Positions 30,855 through 39,461 of a stretch of DNA of 64,000 nucleotides are shown here, one piece after another. A model generated the notes under the pieces. It searched no databases. It was not told the DNA's origin and saw only the letters and a program-made list of their open reading frames with translations. The stretch comes from Methylococcaceae bacterium (GTDB lineage: Bacteria; Pseudomonadota; Gammaproteobacteria; Methylococcales; Methylomonadaceae): NCBI GenBank assembly GCA_037127995.1, contig JBAXXH010000007.1:1184-65183 (forward strand). Reading direction: 5' to 3'. The translations under genes were made by a program, and so were the position numbers. Numbering within the stretch: position 1 is the first letter of the stretch; every line of letters starts with the position of its first letter.

Positions 30855-30920
30855 TAACGTTAACGTACAAATGAATTAGATTGCAAAAAGAGATAAGCCA
30901 ACCTTATACTTGATGTACAA

Positions 30921-31121
30921 TTTTTTATTCATTGATTTTAAAAAATGATCCAGGTGAGTCTATCAAATCGTAGCTGAGACCAGACAACCAAGCTAATGAT
31001 GAGCTATAGTCGCGACGTGGGCGTCGCTCCCACCGTGGGAACGACGCCCACGTCGTGACTAACGAAAACATCTCGATTTATCCGGGATTGCCTCAGTCAA
31101 GCTAAAAAAACTGGAACAACG
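30921..31121. repeat. 200-bp dispersed element with a TAGTCGCGACGTG...CACGTCGCGACTA palindrome (copy 2)
   Basis: Collinear match to 6881-7080. Core palindrome at 31007-31061. Confidence 0.85.
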
Positions 31122-31136
31122 AGTTATATTTAAAAC

Positions 31137-31167
31137 AAAAACGGCGGAATCAATCCGCCGTTTTTTT
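31137..31167. terminator. Bidirectional rho-independent terminator
   Basis: AAAAACGGCGGA-ATCAA-TCCGCCGTTTTTTT between convergent genes. Confidence 0.85.
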
Positions 31168-31246
31168 ACTGCATTTTCAAATATTACTACCCATCCCAAG
31201 GCCGCATTTTAAACTTAAGCCTTGTACCCTTAACCTTTTACCTCAA

Positions 31247-32674
31247 TCACTTATCTATTTTAAGTGCTAAAAAGGCCGGGCTACCACGACGCTGTATTAA
31301 TGCCGCGACGGATTTACCGGCAGGAAGATTTTTAGCGATTTTTTCAAAAGCGGCAGCATCCGTAATAACGTCATTACCAATGCGTAAAATAACATCGCCC
31401 GGTTGAATACCTGCATTTTTAGCGGCACCTTTGACAACGTTTTGAACTAATACGCCGCCTTTAATAACCTGCAAAACGTCTCTTTCCTCAGCGGTTAAAT
31501 CGGTAACGCTAACTCCCAACCGGTTAGTGGGTTTGGCTTTCTCGGTTTTGGTATCCGCTACTTTATCAACCTGTTCGGGTAAAAGTCCTATGCTAAAGTT
31601 AATGATTTTTTCATTACCTTGCCTGAGGATTTTTAGCGTTGCTTTATTATTAATGGGCGTCATACCGACCATAGGTGGTAAATCACCTGATTTTTCAATC
31701 AACTGACCATTAAACTCAATAATAATATCACCTATCTGCAGCTCTGCTTTTTCTGCAGGACTACCAGGAATCACTTTAGATACCAAAGCGCCCTGTGGTT
31801 TCTTCATGCCAAATGATTCGGCCAGTTCGCGCGTTACATCCTGAATCTGTACCCCCAACCAGCCATGTGCCGCTTTACCACTGGTTTTAATTTGGTCAAC
31901 AACATTCATCACCACATCCATGGGAATGGAGAATGAAAGTCCCATAAAGCCACCGGTACGGCTATAAATCTGGGAATTGATACCAACAACCTGTCCACCC
32001 ATATTAAACAAGGGACCACCTGAATTACCGGGGTTAATCGCCACATCGGTTTGTATAAACGGCACGTAATTACCACCGGGCAAACTGCGACCTTTGGCAC
32101 TCACAATTCCGGCGGTGACTGACTGCTCAAAACCAAACGGTGAACCAATCGCCAAAACCCACTCACCTACCTGAAGTTTATTGGGGTCACCAATGGTTAC
32201 TGCGGGTAAATCTGTAGCTTCAACTTTTAACACGGCAACATCAGTACGGGCATCAGAGCCAATGAGTTTGGCTACCAGTTCGCGTCTGTCAGAGAATTTA
32301 ACAATGATTTCATCCGCATCTTTCACGACATGATGATTAGTTAATACATAGCCATCTTTTGAAATAATAAAGCCGGATCCCAATGACTGGGTATCGCCGC
32401 CACCACCATTACCGCCACCATCAGGATTATTAAAGAAATGTTTAAATAATTCCTCCATTTCAGGCGGCATCCCTTCAGGCATGGGTTGCTCTTTTTGAGC
32501 AACCGCCTCGGGCGGGGCTTTTTGGGTAGTACTGATATTAACGACGGCTACACCATTCGCCTTTACCATCTCTGTAAAGTCAGGCAATTGCGCTAATACA
32601 TTTTGATTAAAAAGAAAAACCAGAAACACACACCAACCAAGCTTTTTAAACATAAAATCTCCATTTTCCAACAT
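31247..32674 (-). CDS. degP: Do/DegP/MucD periplasmic serine protease
   Basis: LTNHHV, DVAVLK and GNSGGPL catalytic triad plus two PDZ domains. Likely start is MFKKLG at 32653. Confidence 0.92.
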   Translation of the reverse strand: MLENGDFMFKKLGWCVFLVFLFNQNVLAQLPDFTEMVKANGVAVVNISTTQKAPPEAVAQKEQPMPEGMPPEMEELFKHFFNNPDGGGNGGGGDTQSLGSGFIISKDGYVLTNHHVVKDADEIIVKFSDRRELVAKLIGSDARTDVAVLKVEATDLPAVTIGDPNKLQVGEWVLAIGSPFGFEQSVTAGIVSAKGRSLPGGNYVPFIQTDVAINPGNSGGPLFNMGGQVVGINSQIYSRTGGFMGLSFSIPMDVVMNVVDQIKTSGKAAHGWLGVQIQDVTRELAESFGMKKPQGALVSKVIPGSPAEKAELQIGDIIIEFNGQLIEKSGDLPPMVGMTPINNKATLKILRQGNEKIINFSIGLLPEQVDKVADTKTEKAKPTNRLGVSVTDLTAEERDVLQVIKGGVLVQNVVKGAAKNAGIQPGDVILRIGNDVITDAAAFEKIAKNLPAGKSVAALIQRRGSPAFLALKIDK

Positions 32675-32771
32675 TGATAAAAAAGTTGTATTACGTAAAA
32701 CAATAAATTTTGTAACCTATACCAGCCACACAGCAAGCCAACGAATGGATCGTTGCCAACCGGGTTGCCAG

Positions 32772-32927
32772 GAGGCTGTCCGTGAATAGAAAACCTGCTG
32801 CGGAAAAGCCGTTTTAGCCAGATTTTCCGCTCACAACGTTAAATAGAATAACTATTCGCCTCAAATGATCAAAAATATGACTCAAAATGGCGTCCCTTCG
32901 CTACGGCTCCTATTCTCGGACCGCCTG
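32772..32927. mobile_element. GAGGCTGTCC-type MITE (copy 2, inverted relative to copy 1)
   Basis: Reverse-complement match to 21064-21221, with flanks CCAG / CTGG. Confidence 0.8.
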
Positions 32928-33003
32928 CTGGTGCTTACTTTCATAATGCTTGATTGTCAGCGCTGTTGATTGTAGCCGACATAAACATGATGACTGAATC
33001 CGT

Positions 33004-33957
33004 CTAATCCCTAAGCTGGATACCTTCTGCAATAAATTTAACCGTTTCAGCCGGCACCTCACCCATTACGGTCAGTTGAAAGTTGTTAATGGTTCGGCTA
33101 TAAGAATTAATGGCACCGACTGATTGAAGACCCGGTTGCAAGGAGGCCATTTTGTTTTCCATATAAATTGACACCGACGTAAAGCCATCGCTTAGTAATA
33201 AATGATCAACTGGCTGCTCTGCATTATGCATCGGCTTACGAACAAAAAACAATTCACGAAAACCGGTTGGCAATTGGGTTACCACAAAGGCCGCTTGATC
33301 TGAGGATTGCAACTGTATCTGATGAACAGGTTGAGCTGGATAAACGGCATCCAGAAATTTAACATCGACAAAAGGCATCGACTTTTTAACTTCTATATCC
33401 GTAAAAACAACCTGCTCCAGAAGTACACCTGAATTATCATAAACAACCACTTTAAGAGGCAAAAACTGTTGTTTTTCTATCCAGATTTTCCGGGGATAGC
33501 GGGCATTATCTTTTGGTTGAATAGCAACAATATAACTTGGCCGCATGGCAATGTTTTCTTCACCCACTATCTCAAACTGATAAATACCTCCCATATCATC
33601 CAGATTTTTAGGCATATCAACCAGAAAAGAATGTTCAAAAGGCCGATGATCGACAATCGTTTGTTGCGTTTCCTTAAACAGACAGCTAACCTGATCTGCG
33701 TCCCTGATAATTTCACGCAAGGGCGAATTTAACGACAACAGATGTTCCTGCTGAACACCCTTGTCAGCCGCGTGAACATATTTCATGGGTTCCAGCTTGC
33801 CATTTTTAAGAAATGCGACCGTTCCCTGATAGTTCAAGACTTCCATGGCGTGGTTCATTTTCGCCAATACCTGCCGGGCATTTAACACGGGCTCACTTGC
33901 AGAGACACTGCCTGTTAACAAGAATCCCAACACAAAAAAACACTTAACGCTCATCAT
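33004..33957 (-). CDS. rseB: Sigma-E regulatory protein RseB/MucB
   Basis: LNYQGT, HLLLSDGFTSVSIYME and VMGEVPAETV. Sits after rseA. Confidence 0.92.
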   Translation of the reverse strand: MMSVKCFFVLGFLLTGSVSASEPVLNARQVLAKMNHAMEVLNYQGTVAFLKNGKLEPMKYVHAADKGVQQEHLLSLNSPLREIIRDADQVSCLFKETQQTIVDHRPFEHSFLVDMPKNLDDMGGIYQFEIVGEENIAMRPSYIVAIQPKDNARYPRKIWIEKQQFLPLKVVVYDNSGVLLEQVVFTDIEVKKSMPFVDVKFLDAVYPAQPVHQIQLQSSDQAAFVVTQLPTGFRELFFVRKPMHNAEQPVDHLLLSDGFTSVSIYMENKMASLQPGLQSVGAINSYSRTINNFQLTVMGEVPAETVKFIAEGIQLRD

Positions 33958-34487
33958 TTTTGACTATAGGTCGCGACTCTGGCAAAGGGCTGAAAATTAG
34001 CCTCGCCATTGGTGTAAACACTATTGTTATGTGCCTGAAGATAATCATTAATACGTTTGTTCAGTTGACTTTGCGGCACTTCAGCGGGACTGACTGATTT
34101 TTCGGGGTGCTGTTGTTGCTCTACCTGAAGTGCCGATGCCGCTTTAAACGGCTGATCCGGATCATTCATACTACGCCCAACAATGACCGCAACAATAAGA
34201 AATGATGCCGCCACCGCAATTTGTTTATGACTTGGTTTGAGCCGTTTACGTTGGGGCAACAAATAAACCGGCTCTTGCTGGATTTGTTGATGTATTTTTG
34301 TTGAAAAATCAGCTTTTTTTAATAAAAAAGCATCTGCTTTCATGGCATGACTGGTCATTTCATATCGATTCAATTTATCTTGTAATTCTGGCTGTGAGCG
34401 CATTTTTTTCAGTAAAGACAAAGCTTCAAAAGGGTCGAGTTCATTATCGAGAAATTGAGATATTTTTTGATTTAAATCTTCAGACAT
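33954..34487 (-). CDS. rseA: Anti-sigma-E factor RseA/MucA
   Basis: ISQFLDNEL, QIAVAAS TM segment and INDYLQAHN. Follows rpoE. Confidence 0.88.
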   Translation of the reverse strand: MSEDLNQKISQFLDNELDPFEALSLLKKMRSQPELQDKLNRYEMTSHAMKADAFLLKKADFSTKIHQQIQQEPVYLLPQRKRLKPSHKQIAVAASFLIVAVIVGRSMNDPDQPFKAASALQVEQQQHPEKSVSPAEVPQSQLNKRINDYLQAHNNSVYTNGEANFQPFARVATYSQK

Positions 34488-35089
34488 TAAGAACCACCGT
34501 GTTCCAGCAAAGGGTTTAATTTATTATCGATCGCTTCACGCGCTCTAAAAATGCGTGACCGTACCGTACCAACAGGACAATCCATAGCGAATGCAATTTC
34601 TTCGTAACTCATGCCATCAAATTCACGCAACATAATGGCGGTGCGCATTTCTTCCGGAAGCATTTCAATGGCTACCTTAATAGTGTCAATTATTTCCTGA
34701 TTTAATAACTGCCGCTCGGGGGTTTCCAACCCTTGTAACTGCGGTGCATTTTCAAAGACTTCTGCATCCTGGATATCTACCTGATAACTGGCACTTCTTC
34801 TTGAGCGTGATACCAGATAATTTTTTGCCGTATTGATAGCAATACGGTACAGCCACGTATAAAAAGCCGAGTCTCCCCTAAAACTGCCCAACGCCCGATA
34901 CGCTTTTATAAAAGATTCCTGCGCCACATCCTGTGCTTCGCTGGAATCTTTGACATAGCGATTCACCAGTTGGATGATTTTATGCTGATATTTAATCACC
35001 AAAAAATCATAAGCAGATTTATCACCTTGCTGCACCCGCAATACAAGATCTTCGTCCAGTTGTTCACTGTACTTAGTATGACTGCTCAC
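34487..35089 (-). CDS. rpoE: ECF sigma factor RpoE/AlgU
   Basis: DVAQESFIKAYRAL, FYTWLYRIAINTAKN and CPVGTVRSRIFRAREAI. Confidence 0.97.
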   Translation of the reverse strand: MSSHTKYSEQLDEDLVLRVQQGDKSAYDFLVIKYQHKIIQLVNRYVKDSSEAQDVAQESFIKAYRALGSFRGDSAFYTWLYRIAINTAKNYLVSRSRRSASYQVDIQDAEVFENAPQLQGLETPERQLLNQEIIDTIKVAIEMLPEEMRTAIMLREFDGMSYEEIAFAMDCPVGTVRSRIFRAREAIDNKLNPLLEHGGS

Positions 35090-35110
35090 TACGGCTCTTT
35101 AACGTCATGA

Positions 35111-35137
35111 ATGGACAAATACAATCGCATAAAGTTC
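35111..35137 (-). promoter_or_regulatory. Sigma-E-dependent autoregulatory promoter of rpoE
   Basis: Minus strand GAACTT-N16-TCCAT, 22 nt upstream of the rpoE start. Fits the sigma-E consensus. Confidence 0.7.
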
Positions 35138-35273
35138 TATTGTGTACAAAAATTGTGTTATCACTCTAAAAAGCGTTATTATCCATAAACAATGATAACT
35201 AAGCCACAACCTTCATTATAGTTAATGAAACTTTTTTACACTTTGCCCTGTGGGTGTTAATAAACTAATCACT

Positions 35274-36902
35274 ATGCCAGACTCAAAAAATTATGACGTT
35301 CTTATTATTGGCAGTGGCGGCGCTGGACTTGCTTTAGCGCTTAAACTGGCCGACCACTCAATCCGCGTTGCCGTATTATCCAAATTTGCGCTAACCTCCA
35401 GCAGTACCTATTATGCGCAAGGCGGCATATCGGCTGTTTTTGATGCTGAAGACTCCCTGGAATCGCATATTGAAGACACCCTGGATGCCGGTGCCGGACT
35501 GTGTAACCCTGATATTGTCCGGCTTACCGTCACTCACGGAAAAAGCTCCATAGATTGGCTTCGCGAACAAGGCGTTGTTTTTACGGAAGAGGAAAGCCAA
35601 TCAGGCGAAACACAATTGCATTTAAACCGCGAAGGCGGCCATTCTCACCGGCGCGTTGTGCATTCTGCGGATGCAACCGGCAAGGCCGTCTCGCTCTCGC
35701 TTATTGAGCGTGCGCAGGAGCATCCCGACATCGAATTACTCGAACATCATAGTGTTGTCGAGTTAATTACCGCACCCACACCGGCGGGTGATAAGGCCGT
35801 CAAACAAGTAGTGGGGGCTTATGTTCTGGATACCCAAAAAAGCCGCGTTAAAACCATGACAGCGCGTGTGGTGGTGCTGGCGACCGGTGGGGCCAACATG
35901 ACTTACATTTACAGTACCAATCCGCATAGCTCGACCGGTGACGGTATTGCCTTGGCATGGCGTGCGGGTTGCCGCGTCAGTAACATGGAGTTTATGCAGT
36001 TTCATCCCACCTGCCTTTATCACCCGCAAGCCCGTTCGTTTCTTATCAGCGAAGCATTACGCGGTGAAGGCGGCAAACTGGTTTTGGCCGATGGTTCCTC
36101 TTTTATGCAAAATTTTGACCCGCGAGGCGAACTGGCACCACGGGATATTGTCGCCAGAGCCATTGATCACGAAATGAAAAAGCGCGGTATAGACTGCGTT
36201 TATCTTGATATCAGTCATAAATCAGAGGACTTTATACGCGAGCATTTTCCTACGATTTACCAACAATGTCTCGACTTTGATATCGACATCACCAAACAAC
36301 CTATTCCCGTTGTACCGGCGGCGCATTACACCTGTGGTGGCGTGTTAACGGACAGCTATGCCCGTACTGACATCAAAAACCTTTATGCCGTTGGCGAGGT
36401 GGCCAGCACCGGTCTGCACGGCGCTAACCGCATGGCCAGCAACTCCTTGCTGGAATGCCTGGTTTTTGCTGAACGCGCCTGCGAAGATATTTTACTAAAA
36501 CTCCCCAACATTCCACCGACCCCAAAAATACCGGACTGGGATGAATCAAAAGTCAGCGACTCCGACGAAGAAGTCGTTGTGTCACACAACTGGGACGAAT
36601 TGCGCCACTTTATGTGGGATTACGTAGGCATCGTCAGAACCGATAAACGCCTGAGTCGGGCAATGAGTCGCGTGGAACTGCTTAAAAAAGAAATCGCCGA
36701 ATATTACGGTAATTTCCGCGTTACCAGTGATTTACTGGAACTGCGTAATCTGGTCATCGTCGCTGAATTAATCATTCGCTGCGCACAACAACGTAAAGAA
36801 AGCCGTGGCCTGCATTACACATTGGATTACCCGGAAACCGATAACAGCAAACCACCACAAAACACCATTTTGACACCTTTAGCAAAAAGCCCGACGGTTT
36901 AA
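35274..36902 (+). CDS. nadB: L-aspartate oxidase
   Basis: IIGSGGAGL, YAQGGI, REGGHS, EFMQFHPT and LHGANRMASNSLLE. Divergent from rpoE. ATG at 35274. Confidence 0.97.
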   Translation: MPDSKNYDVLIIGSGGAGLALALKLADHSIRVAVLSKFALTSSSTYYAQGGISAVFDAEDSLESHIEDTLDAGAGLCNPDIVRLTVTHGKSSIDWLREQGVVFTEEESQSGETQLHLNREGGHSHRRVVHSADATGKAVSLSLIERAQEHPDIELLEHHSVVELITAPTPAGDKAVKQVVGAYVLDTQKSRVKTMTARVVVLATGGANMTYIYSTNPHSSTGDGIALAWRAGCRVSNMEFMQFHPTCLYHPQARSFLISEALRGEGGKLVLADGSSFMQNFDPRGELAPRDIVARAIDHEMKKRGIDCVYLDISHKSEDFIREHFPTIYQQCLDFDIDITKQPIPVVPAAHYTCGGVLTDSYARTDIKNLYAVGEVASTGLHGANRMASNSLLECLVFAERACEDILLKLPNIPPTPKIPDWDESKVSDSDEEVVVSHNWDELRHFMWDYVGIVRTDKRLSRAMSRVELLKKEIAEYYGNFRVTSDLLELRNLVIVAELIIRCAQQRKESRGLHYTLDYPETDNSKPPQNTILTPLAKSPTV

Positions 36903-36923
36903 TGCCCGCTTTAGGTGGCTTCG

Positions 36924-37123
36924 ATCATAGAACACGGATGACACAGATGATACGGATTTCAACGGATTTTATTTTTAATGTTCTTCGGCGTGACGGGGTT
37001 TACAACTTCGTCACTCACGTTTTTACCCAGCCTGAACTAAACAGCTATACCTACCTAACGCAAACTATTTAAATAACGGTAAATATTAAACGTTTGGGAC
37101 GTGGTTGCAAACCCCGCCCCGCC
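36924..37123. repeat. Two adjacent REP-like units (ATCATAGAACACGGATGACAC family and GCGTGACGGGGTT family)
   Basis: 36924-36970 matches 6780-6825. 36988-37123 matches 24318-24407. Confidence 0.7.
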
Positions 37124-37179
37124 TTCAGTGCCGGGTTGTTGTGCCATAAATCAATATGTGTGGACATATACCCATTTTT

Positions 37180-37215
37180 CACCTATTGTAATTACATTAG
37201 TAATAACAATAGGTG
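37180..37215. promoter_or_regulatory. Candidate autoregulatory operator of the AbrB-Doc TA pair
   Basis: CACCTATTGT...ACAATAGGTG perfect 10-bp IR with an inner ATTAC/GTAAT IR, immediately upstream of the antitoxin ATG. Confidence 0.55.
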
Positions 37216-37220
37216 AAATC

Positions 37221-37445
37221 ATGCTTACCCTAAAACTTACAGCCGTCGGCAATTCCATAGGTGTTGTGCTCCCTAAAGAGGCATTGGATAAGCTACATCT
37301 GATAAAAGGCGATAAGATGTATCTGACAGAATCACCCGATGGTTTTCGGCTTACACCTTATGACCCCTCATTTGAAAAACAAATGACTGAGGCACGGCAA
37401 ATCATGAAAAAACGTCGTAATGTTTTACATGAATTGGCGAAATAA
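37221..37445 (+). CDS. AbrB/MazE/SpoVT-family antitoxin
   Basis: MLTLKLTAVGNSIGVVLPKE...LTPYDPSFEKQM...RNVLHELAK. TAATG overlap with the doc start. Confidence 0.9.
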   Translation: MLTLKLTAVGNSIGVVLPKEALDKLHLIKGDKMYLTESPDGFRLTPYDPSFEKQMTEARQIMKKRRNVLHELAK

Positions 37446-37824
37446 TGCCGGTTGTCTGGATTGATGAGTCTGTCGTTTTTGCATTGCATGAGGAACATCT
37501 TGCAGAACATGGCGGAGCAATAGTATCCGTGATCGTGGATTGTTGGAATCCGCGCTGCATCGTCCGCGAAATCTAGCCTTATACGAAGAGGTAGACCTTG
37601 CTGCACTCGCCGCCTATGGTTTTGGTATTGCCCGCAATCATCCTTTTATCGATGGCAACAAGCGGACGGCATTCACTGTAACTGAACTTTTCCTTGCTTT
37701 AAACAGACAGGAATTGATCGCAGATGATCAATCATGCGTCGTTACCCTATTAAAGCTTGCAGATGGCAGTCTTTCCAAAAAAGAGTTTGCCAATTGGATA
37801 AGAGATAATACCCAGTCCGATTAA
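37445..37824 (+). pseudogene. doc: Doc/Fic toxin with a single-base frameshift
   Basis: MPVVWIDESVVFALHEEHLAEHGGA is in one frame and IRDRGLLESALHRPRN...HPFIDGNKRTA is in the -1 frame. One base is missing at about 37514-37525. Confidence 0.85.
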
Positions 37825-37999
37825 CGACAATTTCAGCTTTGCCTGTTAATTGCTTTGTGTGGATGCCATTTTATATTAGATAGAACGTGTCTTTATTAAT
37901 TATTTCAAGGTAGCAGTATTACGTTCAGACACTAATTATTCAGCGGATTTATTCAGGTATCACCACACTTTCTATCATACTCTCTGCCTCCACCAATTA

Positions 38000-39460
38000 T
38001 TAAAGAGTTGCTTTAAATACTCTTATAACTCTTGACCATGAAGTACCAGACCATGAGCCTTTTTCATTATCAATTGACTTTATTTCTTGATAACCATTGT
38101 TCTTTGAAAACGATTTCATAAATCTATCTAAACGCCCTGTTCTTAGAACATTAATACAAGGGCTAACGCAGACAAAATAATTTTCACCATCAAATGTTGA
38201 ATTTATTAGTTTGAGCAATTCTGTTAATGAAAATAAGTCAATATCAATTATATTTGAAAATAAATGTAGTGTTGGAACTTGATTTTTATTTAAAAAATCA
38301 GAGCTATTTAAATTGTCAAAATCTTTGTTTATTGTCTTTAAACTAATTGATTCGTTAAATTTTACTATATGAAGTGCAGCACGTTTTAAAGCTATTTCTG
38401 AAGGTTCAATTAAAGAAATATGATTGATTTTAACATTATCATTGAAGTAATCTATAAAAGAAATTGTTGCTAATCCTTGCCCACATCCCCAGTCAACAAT
38501 ATTTATTTCGCTATTTAAAATTTCAGGTGGAAGACATTTAAATGCAGATGATAGTTTTTTATAGTGCATATCACCGTAACTATGTAAATAAGCATACAAC
38601 TGGCTCTCTTCGGTTAAAATATTTACCCCACTTTTTAAAGAATAAAAAATTGAGTCATTTTTAATTAAACTGTATTGATTAACGGAGATTTGTTTTATTG
38701 CATTAAAAGTAGATGGTACATTTTCTAAAAATTTAGAATATGCAGTATTCTTCTCAATTAAAAATAACTTTTTATCAAAAGGTATATATTTTTTTGTTCT
38801 TTTTAAAAAGACATCTAATAAATTTTTAATTATTTTGTATGAAGAAATATGATCCGTTAAGTCAACGATTAGCACTTCATTTATTAAATTATTTTTTAAA
38901 AAGTAAAATCCTGGATCATTGCGTTTATTAAGTATTTTAGATTTAATAGATAACACGCCTTCCAAATTTTGCGACCCAAAATTGTATGCTATTTCTGCAT
39001 AATAATTAACTATAGTGCTAATAATTTTGTCTTCAGTGTCTTCTTCCAGATAAGCGTGATTCAGTTTATCAAGTAATGGCTCTAAAATATTGTCATAACC
39101 TATAATATTTTTTATTCCAATAAGGTATAGAGCTGATGCTTCAAGGCGACTACTAATTTCACAATTGTGTTTAATCAGAAGGTTATAAAGTTGTTGAAAT
39201 GGCATTAAAAAGCCAAATCTTTCAGATATATCTAAAAGTAATAAAGCAAATACATGAGTAGATTCAATTGTAAAATCTAATTGCTTAATAATTCTTAAAT
39301 TAGCTGAAATATAACGCTCTATTTTTTCCTTGTGAACTTCTAAATCAGAAAAGCTTTGTGTTAATAAAAAATCATATAGCTCATCAATATTATCTTCTAA
39401 GAATAAATGTAAATCTGCATTAACCTTAGATTCTGATAAAAGTTTATCAAATATGTCCAT
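38000..39460 (-). CDS. Hypothetical protein: helical N-terminus plus C-terminal class I SAM-methyltransferase-like domain
   Basis: YAYLHSYGDMHYKKL, INIVDWGCGQGLAT, SLIEPSEIAL and HLFSNIIDI. Start at ATG 39460, 1 nt after the upstream stop; the ORF track gives 39505. Confidence 0.75.
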   Translation of the reverse strand: MDIFDKLLSESKVNADLHLFLEDNIDELYDFLLTQSFSDLEVHKEKIERYISANLRIIKQLDFTIESTHVFALLLLDISERFGFLMPFQQLYNLLIKHNCEISSRLEASALYLIGIKNIIGYDNILEPLLDKLNHAYLEEDTEDKIISTIVNYYAEIAYNFGSQNLEGVLSIKSKILNKRNDPGFYFLKNNLINEVLIVDLTDHISSYKIIKNLLDVFLKRTKKYIPFDKKLFLIEKNTAYSKFLENVPSTFNAIKQISVNQYSLIKNDSIFYSLKSGVNILTEESQLYAYLHSYGDMHYKKLSSAFKCLPPEILNSEINIVDWGCGQGLATISFIDYFNDNVKINHISLIEPSEIALKRAALHIVKFNESISLKTINKDFDNLNSSDFLNKNQVPTLHLFSNIIDIDLFSLTELLKLINSTFDGENYFVCVSPCINVLRTGRLDRFMKSFSKNNGYQEIKSIDNEKGSWSGTSWSRVIRVFKATL

Positions 39461-39461
39461 A

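Noticed and set aside
38000-39460. Calling the methyltransferase-like gene an R-M methylase and the operon a restriction-modification system
   Set aside because: No DPPY/NPPY or PC motif, and no recognisable restriction endonuclease or specificity subunit.
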